Positions 29,394-40,259 are shown, counted from the stretch's first letter. The stretch: 64,000 nucleotides of DNA from a bacterium (GCA_965216635.1 OZ244188.1:2144001-2208000); one strand, 5' to 3'. Program-made: numbers and translations. Notes: a model not told the origin generated them from the letters alone.

Positions 29394-30935
29394 ATGTTCA
29401 AAAAAATATTCCTTTTCACTATTGCTGTTTTTTGTTTATTTTGGACAAGCAGTGTTTCGCAAGCAACAAACAGGCAAACAGTAAATCAAGCGGAAAGTAG
29501 CAGAGAAATAAAAATACAGAGTGATCTAGCAGGCAAAATCAAAAAAGTTTATGTTAAAAAAGGACAGCAAATTTTTAGTGGAGATAAGCTTTTAAGTATA
29601 ATTGCCGAAAAAAAGTTAATTTATATTCGTTCTGGAGTCTCTGGAAAGGTGCTTTCTGTTTCTGTTGAACCTTACCAAAAAATCCAACCTCTTGAAGTTT
29701 TAGCAATTATCCAATCCCAAGCCGTAATCATAGAAAAAGCGGAAGTTTCTCAAGATTCCGAACTTCCTTCTTTACCCCAAATGCTAGTTTCTTTGTTAAG
29801 GTCTACTGGAATTTATAGCCTAATAGCCTCTAATAAGCATTCCGTCAGCGAAGGATTAGGTAGGTTCGCTATGATTTTAGTCGGTCTACTTATTCTTTTT
29901 TTGGGAATTAAGAAAAATTTTGAACCACTTTTGTTAGTGCCTATAGGTTTTGGTTGTATATTAGCTAATATTCCGTTAGCAGGCATCGCAGAAGAAGGAG
30001 GACTTTTAAACTATGTTTTTACAGTCGGTATTGATACAGGTATATTTCCACTAATTATTTTTATGGGAGTGGGGGCTTTGACTGATTTTGGACCTATGAT
30101 AGCCAACCCAAAAACTGCTCTACTTGGAGCAGCAGCCCAAGTAGGTATTTTTATAACTCTACTCGGAGCCTTATGGCTCAATGTTGTACCGGGCATTCAT
30201 TTTACTTTAAAAGACGCAGCTTCCATTGGCATCATTGGAGGGGCAGACGGTCCTACAGCAATTTTTCTCTCTAGCCAACTTTCTCCGCACCTACTGGGAT
30301 CTATCGCTGTGGCAGCTTATTCCTATATGGCACTAGTGCCTTTAATCCAGCCTCCCATTATGAAATTATTCACCACAGAAAAAGAGCGAAAAATCCAAAT
30401 GAAACAATTAAGATATGTCTCCAAAAGAGAAAAAATTTTCTTTCCTTTGATTGTATTGGTGATTTGTATTTTACTACTTCCATCCGCCGCCCCTTTAATC
30501 GGAATGCTGATGTTCGGCAATCTGTTACGAGAATGCGGTGTTGTAGAAAGACTTTCCGATACTACTCAGAACGCGCTCATCAATATAGTAACCATTTTTC
30601 TAGGGCTAGGAGTTGGCAGTAAATTATCTGCAGAGAAATTTTTGAACCTGCAAACTTTAGGAATTTTATTGCTCGGTTTAATTGCTTTTTGCATCGGAAC
30701 TATGGCTGGAATTTTGATGGCAAAAGCAATGAGTTATTTTTCTAAAGAGCCCATCAATCCGCTTATAGGAGCAGCTGGAGTATCCGCTGTGCCTATGGCA
30801 GCGAGAGTCGCCAACAAAGTAGGATTGGAAAACAACAACCAAAATTTTCTACTAATGCACGCTATGGGACCCAATGTTTCTGGAGTGATTGGCTCTGCTG
30901 TCGCTGCTGGAGTACTCCTCGCTACACTTGGTTAA
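29394..30935 (+). CDS. oadB: Na+-translocating decarboxylase beta subunit with an extra N-terminal signal peptide and biotinyl/lipoyl-like domain
   Basis: [52 protein letters not shown]. Confidence 0.92.
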   Translation: MFKKIFLFTIAVFCLFWTSSVSQATNRQTVNQAESSREIKIQSDLAGKIKKVYVKKGQQIFSGDKLLSIIAEKKLIYIRSGVSGKVLSVSVEPYQKIQPLEVLAIIQSQAVIIEKAEVSQDSELPSLPQMLVSLLRSTGIYSLIASNKHSVSEGLGRFAMILVGLLILFLGIKKNFEPLLLVPIGFGCILANIPLAGIAEEGGLLNYVFTVGIDTGIFPLIIFMGVGALTDFGPMIANPKTALLGAAAQVGIFITLLGALWLNVVPGIHFTLKDAASIGIIGGADGPTAIFLSSQLSPHLLGSIAVAAYSYMALVPLIQPPIMKLFTTEKERKIQMKQLRYVSKREKIFFPLIVLVICILLLPSAAPLIGMLMFGNLLRECGVVERLSDTTQNALINIVTIFLGLGVGSKLSAEKFLNLQTLGILLLGLIAFCIGTMAGILMAKAMSYFSKEPINPLIGAAGVSAVPMAARVANKVGLENNNQNFLLMHAMGPNVSGVIGSAVAAGVLLATLG

Positions 30936-30975
30936 AACCAAAACCACCCAATAATCCTACAGGTGTAAAAAAAAA

Positions 30976-32421
30976 ATGCTACAAAAAACCTTAAAAAATC
31001 GCACAATATTTTGTAAAGATAATATAGAAATATTGGAAGGCATCAATAGTAATTCTATTGACTTAATCTACCTAGACCCACCTTTTAACAAAAATAAAGT
31101 TTTTACTGCCCCCATAGGAAGTAGCGCCGAAGGAGCTTCTTTTAAGGATATTTTTAGAGAAGAAGATCTAAAAGAAGAATGGATTCAAACTATCAAAGAA
31201 GATAACGCTGAACTTTTTAACCTTTTGCACGGGGTTAAACTTATGGGCAACCGTTATAATTTTTGTTACCTCTGTTATATGGCGATTCGTTTGACCGACT
31301 TGCGAAGAATTTTAAAACCTACAGGTAGTCTGTATTTGCATTGCGATTCTACAATGTCGCATTATCTTAAAATAGTTTTGGATTGTATTTTTGGAGAAGA
31401 AAATTTCAGGAATGAAATCGTTTGGAAAAGAACTACTTCCGCTGCAAAAGGAAGTCAATTCGCAGCAAAATCTTGGGGGACAAATACAGATATAATTTTT
31501 TACTATACCAAGACAGATGATTTTGAATTAGCACCTTTAGAGAAAATAGACCTTCAAAAAAACACAAAAGAAATAGAAAACTTATTTCCTAAAATAGATA
31601 GCAAAGGAAAAAGATATACTTATCGCTCTTTGTATCGTGGTAAAAGTATGGGAGCTAGACCTAATTTATGCTACAAATGGAGAGGGTTTAAAAATTTAGA
31701 TTCATCGGGTTGGCGGTTGAGTAAAGAACGGATGGAAGAAGAATACAAAAAGGGCAATATTGTAATCGGCAACGGAAAAATTGAACGTAGACAGTATTTA
31801 AAAGATTACAAAGGCATCCCCTTAGGTAATCTGTGGAGTGATATAGCCAATGTAAGAGGAAGGGAAAGCACAGGCTACCCAACACAGAAACCGTTAACTT
31901 TAATGCATAGAATTATAGTAGCGAGCAGCAAAGAAGGAGATGTAGTTTTAGATCCATTTTGTGGCTGTGCTACTACCTGCGTTGCCAGTGAAATGTTAAA
32001 AAGGAAATGGATAGGCGTAGATGTTTCTGTGAAAGCATTTGAATTAGTCAAAAAGAGGTTGAAAAAAGAAATCAAGCCAGATTTGATAGACCCCGAAAAA
32101 GAAGTAAGTTTTTCCACAGAAATGCCTAAAAGAACAGACTTAGGAGAAAAACCACAAAATTTGAAATGGGTGTATGTTATTTCCAACCCAGCTTATAAAG
32201 GAGAATATAAAGTAGGTATCGCAAAAGACTGGCAAGCAAGACTCAATTCTTATCAAACCGCAGACCCCGACAGAGCTTACTCTATGGAGTATAAAAAAGA
32301 AACTCCACTATTTAGAGAAATAGAAAAACATATCCACAACAAATTTGAAAACAATCACGAATGGGTAAAAGCAGACTTAAAAAATATTATCAAAGCAATT
32401 AAAACTTATAAAAATAATTGA
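30976..32421 (+). CDS. Beta-class amino-DNA methyltransferase fused to a C-terminal GIY-YIG-like (T5orf172/MUG113) domain, copy 1
   Basis: DLIYLDPPF, YPTQKP, VLDPFCGCATT; WVYVISN...YKVG......RL..YQT...EW. Confidence 0.88.
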   Translation: MLQKTLKNRTIFCKDNIEILEGINSNSIDLIYLDPPFNKNKVFTAPIGSSAEGASFKDIFREEDLKEEWIQTIKEDNAELFNLLHGVKLMGNRYNFCYLCYMAIRLTDLRRILKPTGSLYLHCDSTMSHYLKIVLDCIFGEENFRNEIVWKRTTSAAKGSQFAAKSWGTNTDIIFYYTKTDDFELAPLEKIDLQKNTKEIENLFPKIDSKGKRYTYRSLYRGKSMGARPNLCYKWRGFKNLDSSGWRLSKERMEEEYKKGNIVIGNGKIERRQYLKDYKGIPLGNLWSDIANVRGRESTGYPTQKPLTLMHRIIVASSKEGDVVLDPFCGCATTCVASEMLKRKWIGVDVSVKAFELVKKRLKKEIKPDLIDPEKEVSFSTEMPKRTDLGEKPQNLKWVYVISNPAYKGEYKVGIAKDWQARLNSYQTADPDRAYSMEYKKETPLFREIEKHIHNKFENNHEWVKADLKNIIKAIKTYKNN

Positions 32422-32632
32422 AACTGATCAAAGCAATTAAAAAGGACAAGCTCTACTGCCGCTACTCTCGCACTCCTTGCTACCCTTGGGGAGTTTTTTG
32501 TAGTAGTAGATTTATCTAGTCTTCAATGATAAAATTTCTAAAATAGCTCATACCTATTGCAATAAATGTAACCTTTGTTTATAAATAACACTTGTTTTAT
32601 AATTCCTTATATTTTCAAAATAATTTATTAAT

Positions 32633-33199
32633 ATGCTAAATTTTTTAAAGAGAGCATTAGCTTTTAACCCAAAAACAGGAGGAAATAACGAACAATTTTC
32701 ACCAAGACAGAAAGAAGATAAAATAATAAAAAACAAATCTTTAATTTATGAACGTTCTAATGAGACTAGAAAAGACGGAATGATAGCCGTAGGGAAAATT
32801 AAAGTAATCAATGGAAGTAGAAAACCATGGGAGACAAGAGAGAGGACATGGTCGGGAAAAGAAAAAAAATTTCATATTGTCTATCTTCCCCCTGGTCAAT
32901 ATATTTGTGAATTTGCAAAAATGAGTTCGCTTGATTGGAAGGCTATAAGACCAATAAAGCTAAAAAAGTTAACTGATAGTAATGACCCTTTACGAGATGA
33001 TTCCAGACAAAAACTTGAGGAGGGTACTATATTTTTTCACAAACATACAGAAGGGAATCCCTTAAAAGGTTGCATTGGTATAATAGGTGGTGATAAGACT
33101 ATGGAGGAAATATTTAAAGAATTAAATAAAGATAAAGGGTGGGAAGAAGGCAAGAAATTTAAATTAGAAATAAAAGGTAAAAGACCTGATTATAGCTAA
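32633..33199 (+). CDS. Hypothetical protein with L,D-transpeptidase-like (DUF5675/Tlde1-like) H...GC motif
   Basis: LPPGQY and IFFH.......LKGCIG. Confidence 0.5.
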   Translation: MLNFLKRALAFNPKTGGNNEQFSPRQKEDKIIKNKSLIYERSNETRKDGMIAVGKIKVINGSRKPWETRERTWSGKEKKFHIVYLPPGQYICEFAKMSSLDWKAIRPIKLKKLTDSNDPLRDDSRQKLEEGTIFFHKHTEGNPLKGCIGIIGGDKTMEEIFKELNKDKGWEEGKKFKLEIKGKRPDYS

Positions 33200-33211
33200 A
33201 AATTTTAAAAA

Positions 33212-34654
33212 ATGCTACAAAAAACCTTAAAAAATCGCACAATATTTTGTAAAGATAATATAGAAATACTGGAAGGCATCAATAGCAATTCTATTGACTT
33301 AATCTACCTAGACCCACCTTTTAACAAAAATAAAGTTTTTACTGCCCCCATAGGAAGTAGCGCCGAAGGAGCTTCTTTTAAGGATATTTTTAGAGAAGAA
33401 GATCTAAAAGAAGAATGGATTCAAACTATCAAAGAAGATAACGCTGAACTTTTTAACCTTTTGCACGGGGTTAAACTTATGGGCAACCGTTATAATTTTT
33501 GTTACCTCTGTTATATGGCGATTCGTTTGACCGACTTGCGAAGAATTTTAAAACCTACAGGTAGTCTGTATTTGCATTGCGATTCTACAATGTCGCATTA
33601 TCTTAAAATAGTTTTGGATTGTATTTTTGGAGAAGAAAATTTCAGGAATGAAATCGTTTGGAAAAGAACTACTTCCGCTGCAAAAGGAAGTCAATTCGCA
33701 GCAAAATCTTGGGGGACAAATACAGATATAATTTTTTACTATACCAAGACAGATGATTTTGAATTAGCACCTTTAGAGAAAATAGACCTTCAAAAAAACA
33801 CAAAAGAAATAGAAAACTTATTTCCTAAAACAGATGATAAAGGAGAAAAATACAATATTTTTGTGCCTTTATATTGTAGTAAAAGTATGGGAGCTAGACC
33901 TAATTTATGCTACGAATGGAGAGGATTCAAAAACTTGCATCCTTCGGGTTGGCGGTTGAGTAAAGAACGGATGGAAGAAGAATACAAAAAGGGCAATATT
34001 GTAATCGGCAACGGAAAAATTGAACGTAGACAGTATTTAAAAGATTACAAAGGCATCCCCTTAGGTAATCTGTGGAGTGATATAGCCAATGTAAGAGGAA
34101 GCGAAAGCACAGGTTACCCAACACAGAAACCGTTAACTTTAATGCATAGAATTATAGTAGCGAGCAGCAAAGAAGGAGATGTAGTTTTAGATCCATTTTG
34201 TGGCTGTGCTACTACCTGCGTTGCCAGTGAAATGTTAAAAAGGAAATGGATAGGCGTAGATGTTTCTGTGAAAGCATTTGAATTAGTCAAAAAGAGGTTG
34301 AAAAAAGAAATCAAACCAGATTTGATAGACCCCGAAAAAGAAGTAAGTTTTTCCACAGAAATGCCTAAAAGAACAGACTTAGGAGAAAAACCACAAAATT
34401 TGAAATGGGTGTATGTTATTTCTAACCCAGCTTATAAAGGAGAATATAAAGTAGGTATCGCAAAAGACTGGCAAGCAAGACTCAATTCTTATCAAACCGC
34501 AGATCCCGACAGAGCTTACTCTATGGAGTATAAAAAAGAAACTCCGCTATTTAGAGAAATAGAAAAACATATCCACAACAAATTTGAAAACAATCACGAA
34601 TGGGTAAAAGCAGACTTAAAAAATATTATCAAAGCAATTAAAACTTATAAATAG
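33212..34654 (+). CDS. MTase::GIY-YIG-like fusion, copy 2
   Basis: Near-identical to copy 1 except one ~120-bp patch, one R/S change and the final codons. Confidence 0.88.
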   Translation: MLQKTLKNRTIFCKDNIEILEGINSNSIDLIYLDPPFNKNKVFTAPIGSSAEGASFKDIFREEDLKEEWIQTIKEDNAELFNLLHGVKLMGNRYNFCYLCYMAIRLTDLRRILKPTGSLYLHCDSTMSHYLKIVLDCIFGEENFRNEIVWKRTTSAAKGSQFAAKSWGTNTDIIFYYTKTDDFELAPLEKIDLQKNTKEIENLFPKTDDKGEKYNIFVPLYCSKSMGARPNLCYEWRGFKNLHPSGWRLSKERMEEEYKKGNIVIGNGKIERRQYLKDYKGIPLGNLWSDIANVRGSESTGYPTQKPLTLMHRIIVASSKEGDVVLDPFCGCATTCVASEMLKRKWIGVDVSVKAFELVKKRLKKEIKPDLIDPEKEVSFSTEMPKRTDLGEKPQNLKWVYVISNPAYKGEYKVGIAKDWQARLNSYQTADPDRAYSMEYKKETPLFREIEKHIHNKFENNHEWVKADLKNIIKAIKTYK

Positions 34655-34706
34655 GCTTTTGTGTTATAAAATAATTTTGATTTAGTAAAATAATTTCACA
34701 ATTAAA

Positions 34707-35450
34707 ATGTCTTCTTTAATGATTTTTGCTGCTGGTTTTGGAAAAAGACTTGGATCATTAACTTCTACCACTCCCAAACCTCTACTACCTATTCACGACA
34801 AAACTGTTTTAGATTATATCCTAAAAAGCTATTATAAAAAAACCACCCTTTCTTCTGTTGTGATAAATACTCACTACAAAGCAGAAAAAATTCGTCAGTT
34901 TATTATGGAGAATCCACAGTATAAAATTTCTGAATCTTTTGAAGAAGATAAAATTTTAGGCACTGCTAAAGGATTATTTTACGCTAGTCTTCTCTTGGAA
35001 GGAGAAAATTTTTGGGTGCAAAATGCAGATATTTTGTGCGATTTTGAACCACAAAAACTTATGGATTTTCATTTAAAAAATAAAGCTATAGCTACTCTTG
35101 CGGTAAGTTCGAAATATTTCACTCCTTCTGCTGTAATTGTAGATAGTACAAATAGAGTTTGTGCCTTTAAAAAAATAAAAGAAGGCGAAAAAATAAAAGA
35201 AGGTGAAAGAATAAAAGAAGGCGAACAAAATCAAGCAAAAACTTTCTGCGGTATTCATTGTATTTCAAAAAAAATTTTTGATTTTATTTCTTTTGAGCAA
35301 GCACCGACATCTATTATAGATCTTTATAAAATACTTTTACAAAGAGGAGAAAAAATTATTAGCTGGGATATTGGAGCATCCGATTGGGTAGATATAGGTA
35401 GTCCAGAAAAACTCAAATGGGCTAGAAAAAACATCCATTTATTCACATAA
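34707..35450 (+). CDS. Sugar-phosphate nucleotidyltransferase (MurU-like)
   Basis: MIFAAGFGKRL..LT...PKPLL, INTHY, NADI, WVDIGSPE. Confidence 0.85.
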   Translation: MSSLMIFAAGFGKRLGSLTSTTPKPLLPIHDKTVLDYILKSYYKKTTLSSVVINTHYKAEKIRQFIMENPQYKISESFEEDKILGTAKGLFYASLLLEGENFWVQNADILCDFEPQKLMDFHLKNKAIATLAVSSKYFTPSAVIVDSTNRVCAFKKIKEGEKIKEGERIKEGEQNQAKTFCGIHCISKKIFDFISFEQAPTSIIDLYKILLQRGEKIISWDIGASDWVDIGSPEKLKWARKNIHLFT

Positions 35451-35453
35451 ACA

Positions 35454-36461
35454 ATGAGAACTGATTTGGTAAAATATGTTGATTTGGGGATATATTTTGG
35501 GCAAAAATTTTTTCTGTTTCTATTTTTTTTAATTTTTGCGTCTTTTTTAATTTTTATAATTACAGATTTATTGCCCGGTGATACCGCTCAATTTATTTTA
35601 GGAACAGAAGCCTCTGCCGAGACTCTACAAAGTTTGCGAGAAGAATTGAATCTTCATCTTGCTTGGTATCAAAGGTATTTTTTTTGGATAAAAGGTTTGT
35701 TGCAAGGAGATTGGGGGAAAAGCTACATACTCAATTTAGATGTGAAGCAACTTTTTTTAGAAAGACTTTCGCTTACTTTACCACTTATTTTTTTAAGTCT
35801 TTTTCTGAGTTTGGCATTGGCTTATTTTTTAAGTTTTGTAGTAGTTTATTTCCAAAAAAACTGGCTGGATTGGGGGATCATGAGTCTGCTTCAATTAGGG
35901 ATAGCTCTACCTAGTTTTTGGATAGCTTCCTTATTGATTATTTTTTTTTCAGTTCAGCTAGGTTGGCTTCCCGTAGGTAATTTTTTGGGTTGGGATTTTA
36001 GCAGTTTGAGTGGTTTTTTTATTTCTTTAAAGTATCTAGTTCTTCCCTTGTTATCTTTGATTTTGCCCCAAACAGCTATTTTTACAAGGATTATCCGTAG
36101 CTCCTTGATTGAGGCTGCTACAGAAAATTTTATAAAAACAGCGCAGTCTAAGGGTCTATCCCCTTTTAAAATTTTGCTAAAACATATTTTTCCTTATGCT
36201 CAAATTCCTATTATTACGATTGTTGGTCTACAAATTCCTTTACTTATTACTGGGGTTGTTCTGATAGAATATGTATTTTTTTTACCCGGCATGGGCAGAC
36301 TTATTTTGCAAGCTATCCATCAACGGGATTTAATTTTGGTAAAAAATGCAGTTTTATTACTCATTCTGCTTGTCTCTTCTGTGAACTTAATTACTCAATG
36401 GATTATTTTAATTCTAAACCCAGATAGGCAAGCAGCAGACTATCCTATTCATCATTTTTAA
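35454..36461 (+). CDS. ABC transporter permease, DppB/OppB family (no partner subunits adjacent)
   Basis: LPGD.A, GDWGKS, PSFW, TAQSKGL (EAA loop), PGMGRL. Confidence 0.9.
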   Translation: MRTDLVKYVDLGIYFGQKFFLFLFFLIFASFLIFIITDLLPGDTAQFILGTEASAETLQSLREELNLHLAWYQRYFFWIKGLLQGDWGKSYILNLDVKQLFLERLSLTLPLIFLSLFLSLALAYFLSFVVVYFQKNWLDWGIMSLLQLGIALPSFWIASLLIIFFSVQLGWLPVGNFLGWDFSSLSGFFISLKYLVLPLLSLILPQTAIFTRIIRSSLIEAATENFIKTAQSKGLSPFKILLKHIFPYAQIPIITIVGLQIPLLITGVVLIEYVFFLPGMGRLILQAIHQRDLILVKNAVLLLILLVSSVNLITQWIILILNPDRQAADYPIHHF

Positions 36462-36464
36462 GTT

Positions 36465-37328
36465 ATGAACGAATCTGTAACCTACTTGATAGCAAATTAT
36501 AATCAAAAAAAATATCTTGCAGAATGCTTTGAGTCTTTAAAAAAGCAAACCAATCCAAATTGGAAAGCAGTTGTTTATGACGACGCCAGTAAAGATGGTT
36601 CTGTAGCCATCATAAAAAAATTTCTTTCTTCCAAGATAAAACTTTACCAATCCAAAAAAAACAAAGGAAAAACCTACGGTTTAAATCAACTTATTCACAA
36701 AACTAGTGGAGCTGAAAATGAAATTTTAGCAATTTTTGACCCTGATGATTGTCTGCTACCCCAAGCAACTGCTGAAATTTTAAAATATTATAAACAACAT
36801 CCAAAAACTAAATGGCTACATACCCGATATCAAATGATGGATGAAAGCCTGAAAAAAAACTTGAAAATTTATGGTAAAAATCCACCTAGCGGACAGTCTT
36901 TTTTGGCTTTTGGAAATGTGTGCCATATTTTGAGTTTCCGAAAAAATCTTTATTTAAAAATAGAAAAGACTATTCAAACTTCTAATACAAATCTGCTTTA
37001 TGCAGAAGACAAGGATTTAATTTACAAACTAGAAGAGCAAGCAGAAGCTGGGTTTATCCCGAAGGTGCTTTACAAATATAGGTATGTTCGGAGTTCTGCT
37101 ACTCACTCCCGAGAAAAAAGAAACCTCGGAGCAAAAAACCATTTCCTAATCCAAAAAGAGGTTTTGCAGAGAAGAAATATAAAAGGCTTAAAACAAAAAT
37201 TGTATCATTTCTTGTTTTTTTTAACCTATCAATATTACGCTTTGCATAATCCTTTTTTTATCCGTGCTTTCTTTTGGTTGCTTCATCGCTTGTTTAGAGT
37301 TTTATGGAAACCTTTTTTGAGCCCATAA
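36465..37328 (+). CDS. Glycosyltransferase family 2
   Basis: ANYNQ, YDDASKDGS, FDPDD, AEDKDL. Confidence 0.85.
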   Translation: MNESVTYLIANYNQKKYLAECFESLKKQTNPNWKAVVYDDASKDGSVAIIKKFLSSKIKLYQSKKNKGKTYGLNQLIHKTSGAENEILAIFDPDDCLLPQATAEILKYYKQHPKTKWLHTRYQMMDESLKKNLKIYGKNPPSGQSFLAFGNVCHILSFRKNLYLKIEKTIQTSNTNLLYAEDKDLIYKLEEQAEAGFIPKVLYKYRYVRSSATHSREKRNLGAKNHFLIQKEVLQRRNIKGLKQKLYHFLFFLTYQYYALHNPFFIRAFFWLLHRLFRVLWKPFLSP

Positions 37329-37400
37329 ATTTTATGAGAAGAAAGCTTGAAATAAGTATGTAAATAATGCATTATAAAATAAACTTTTAAATAGATCAAA

Positions 37401-38705
37401 ATGACAAACCCACTAGCAAAAGAATTAAACCAAACCATTGAAAAATCAGCCCCAGCAGTTTACAAAGCACTTTCTCGGTTTGGAAAAGAGATATTTTTTC
37501 CAAAAGGAATTTTACACCAATCTACTTTAGCAAAAAAACAAGCAAGAAATATCAATGCAACTATAGGGATAGCTACAGAAAACAAAAAAGCTATCTATCT
37601 AGATTGTGTCCATAAACACTTTAGCGACATCTACGCAAAAGACATTTATCCTTATGCAGAAGTTGCTGGTAGAAAAGAATTAAGGGAGCTATGGAAAAAA
37701 AAAATGCTTATAGAAAATCCTAGCCTAGCGAAAAAAATTATCAGCAAACCCATAGTTACTCAAGGAATCACTCACGCTATTTCCATAGCGGCGCATCTTT
37801 TTGCAGATACCCATACAAAAATCATTATACCAGAGCTAGCGTGGGGCAATTATAAGTTGATTTTTCAAGTTCAACACCAAGCAGAAATTATTACTTACCC
37901 CTTATTTGCAGAGAAAAAATTCAACCTAGCAGGCTTTAGACAAACTATAGAAAATATAGAGGCAAAACAAAAAATTTTAATACTACTCAATTTTCCCAAT
38001 AACCCTACAGGCTACTCTCCCACTATGGAAGAGTTAGAAACGATCACAACAGTTTTAAAAACAGAAGCAGAAAAAGGAAAAAAAATAATTGTTCTATGCG
38101 ACGATGCTTATTTTGGTTTATTTTTTGAGAAAGAAACCGCTAAAGAATCCATTTTTAGTAAATTGGCAGGAATACACGAAAATATTATAGCTTTAGCTTT
38201 GAATGGACCCACCAAAGAAATGTTTGTCTGGGGGTTTCGGGTAGGATTTCTAACACTAGGATTAAAAGCAGAAAATTTAGACGATATTTATCAAGCACTA
38301 GAACAAAAAATTAAAGGAATCATTAGAACTAGCATTTCTAATGTAGGACATTCTTCACAAAGTATTTTAGAATCTGCTTTAAAAAATGAATCTTTTAAAA
38401 AAGAGCAAAAAGAAAAAAATGAAATTTTAGCAGAGCGCTACCACATAATCAAAAATTTACTAGCCCAAGAAAAATACCAAAAACACTGGGAAGCCTACCC
38501 TTTTAATTCTGGTTATTTTTTGTGTTTGCAGCTGAAAAAAATACCCTCTGTAAAACTATGGGAAATGCTTTTGAACGAATACCAAATAGGAACCATCTAT
38601 ATTAACGATACCGATTTAAGACTCGCCTTCAGCTCTGTGGATAAAGAAAAACTACCCGAACTCGTAGAAACAATTCACCAAGCTGCCTGTAAATTATCTA
38701 CTTAG
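37401..38705 (+). CDS. PLP-dependent aminotransferase class I/II
   Basis: LNFPNNPTGYSP, CDDAYFG, GPTKE...WGFRVGF. Confidence 0.9.
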   Translation: MTNPLAKELNQTIEKSAPAVYKALSRFGKEIFFPKGILHQSTLAKKQARNINATIGIATENKKAIYLDCVHKHFSDIYAKDIYPYAEVAGRKELRELWKKKMLIENPSLAKKIISKPIVTQGITHAISIAAHLFADTHTKIIIPELAWGNYKLIFQVQHQAEIITYPLFAEKKFNLAGFRQTIENIEAKQKILILLNFPNNPTGYSPTMEELETITTVLKTEAEKGKKIIVLCDDAYFGLFFEKETAKESIFSKLAGIHENIIALALNGPTKEMFVWGFRVGFLTLGLKAENLDDIYQALEQKIKGIIRTSISNVGHSSQSILESALKNESFKKEQKEKNEILAERYHIIKNLLAQEKYQKHWEAYPFNSGYFLCLQLKKIPSVKLWEMLLNEYQIGTIYINDTDLRLAFSSVDKEKLPELVETIHQAACKLST

Positions 38706-38772
38706 GCAAATTATCTATTTAGGTAAATTATCTACTTAGAAAAATTTGCTATTTATAAAATATTTGCAAAAA

Positions 38773-40224
38773 ATGTTTGAACGAACTTTTAAAAAAATTG
38801 ATGATGAACTTCGCAAAGACGCAGGCTGTAGCAGCGAACTAGACTACATAGAGCAAACTTCTTGGATTTTATTTTTAAAATACCTAAGCGATTTAGAGAA
38901 AGAAAAGCAAGATAAAGCCAGTCTACAAGGAGAACCCCACCAACCTATCCTCAACCAAGAATTTCAATGGGAAAATTGGGCTTGTCCCAAAAATGAAGCA
39001 GGCGAACTAAACCATCAAAAAACACTGAACGGAGAAGACTTAAAAAATTTTGTAGATAGCAGGCTATTTCCCTACCTAAAAGAATTTAACAACCAACAGA
39101 GCAGTCCGGACACTATCCAATACAAAATCGGAGAAATATTTAACGAGCTAAAAAACAAAATCCAAAGCGGATATGTTTTAAGAGAAATTATGAACTCCGT
39201 AGACGAACTGCGTTTTCTTTCCAGCAAAGAAAAAGACGAAATGTCGCATCTTTACGAGGGCAAAATCAAAAATATGGGCAACGCCGGTAGAAACGGAGGA
39301 GAATACTATACCCCACGACCTCTAATTAAAAGCATCGTCAAAGTAATCACTCCCAAAATAGGCGAAACCATTTACGACGGAGCAGTAGGTTCCGCTGGAT
39401 TCTTATGCGAAGCCTACAAATACTTACGAGCCAACAAAAATCTTTCCACCAACGATTTAGAAGCCCTACAAAAAAAAACCTTTTACGGCAAAGAAAAAAA
39501 ATCTTTAGCCTATATCATCGGCATTATGAATATGATTTTGCACGGTATAGAAACCCCGAATATTATTCATAAAAACACCCTCTTAGAAAATGTAAATGAT
39601 ATTCAAGAAAAAGACAGATACAATATCGTACTAGCCAATCCCCCTTTTGGAGGAAGCGAAAGAAAAGAAGTGCAACAAAATTTCACCATTAAAACAGGAG
39701 AAACCGCCTTTCTTTTTTTGCAACACTTTATCAAAAGCCTCAAAGCTGGAGGCAGAGCTGGAATCGTAATAAAAAACACTTTCCTATCCAATACAGATCT
39801 TGCTTCCGTATCGCTCCGCAAAGAATTATTAGAAAATTGCAACCTACACACAATCCTAGATTTACCCTCTGGAGTTTTTCAAGGAGCTGGAGTCAAAACC
39901 ATAGTTCTTTTTTTTGAAAAAGCAACGTCAACCCAAAAAATTTGGTACTACCAGCTAAACTTGGCAAGAAATCTCGGCAAAACCAACCCCTTAAACGAAG
40001 AAGATTTATCCGAGTTTTTGCAAATGCAACGCACAGCAGCAGACTCAAAAAATTCTTGGACGATACAAACGCAACACATAGAGCAAAAAACTTTTGACCT
40101 ATCCGCTAAAAATCCTAACACACCCGACGAAGACCCAATAAGACAACCTCAAGAAATTTTAGCCGAAATACAAATTTTAGATAAAAAAACAGACGAGCTT
40201 TTTGCACAAATCAAAGAATTATGA
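38773..40224 (+). CDS. hsdM: Type I R-M methyltransferase subunit
   Basis: GEYYTPRP, YDGAVGSAGF, LANPPFGG; start moved to ATG 38773. Confidence 0.95.
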   Translation: MFERTFKKIDDELRKDAGCSSELDYIEQTSWILFLKYLSDLEKEKQDKASLQGEPHQPILNQEFQWENWACPKNEAGELNHQKTLNGEDLKNFVDSRLFPYLKEFNNQQSSPDTIQYKIGEIFNELKNKIQSGYVLREIMNSVDELRFLSSKEKDEMSHLYEGKIKNMGNAGRNGGEYYTPRPLIKSIVKVITPKIGETIYDGAVGSAGFLCEAYKYLRANKNLSTNDLEALQKKTFYGKEKKSLAYIIGIMNMILHGIETPNIIHKNTLLENVNDIQEKDRYNIVLANPPFGGSERKEVQQNFTIKTGETAFLFLQHFIKSLKAGGRAGIVIKNTFLSNTDLASVSLRKELLENCNLHTILDLPSGVFQGAGVKTIVLFFEKATSTQKIWYYQLNLARNLGKTNPLNEEDLSEFLQMQRTAADSKNSWTIQTQHIEQKTFDLSAKNPNTPDEDPIRQPQEILAEIQILDKKTDELFAQIKEL

Positions 40225-40259
40225 GAGCATCGCATTAAAAGTTTCAATACAAAAAAACA

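Noticed and set aside
31594..33946. Diversity-generating retroelement VR/TR pair in the twin MTases (also considered for the OMPs)
   Set aside because: Differences are not adenine-specific and include synonymous changes and an indel; no reverse transcriptase is in the window
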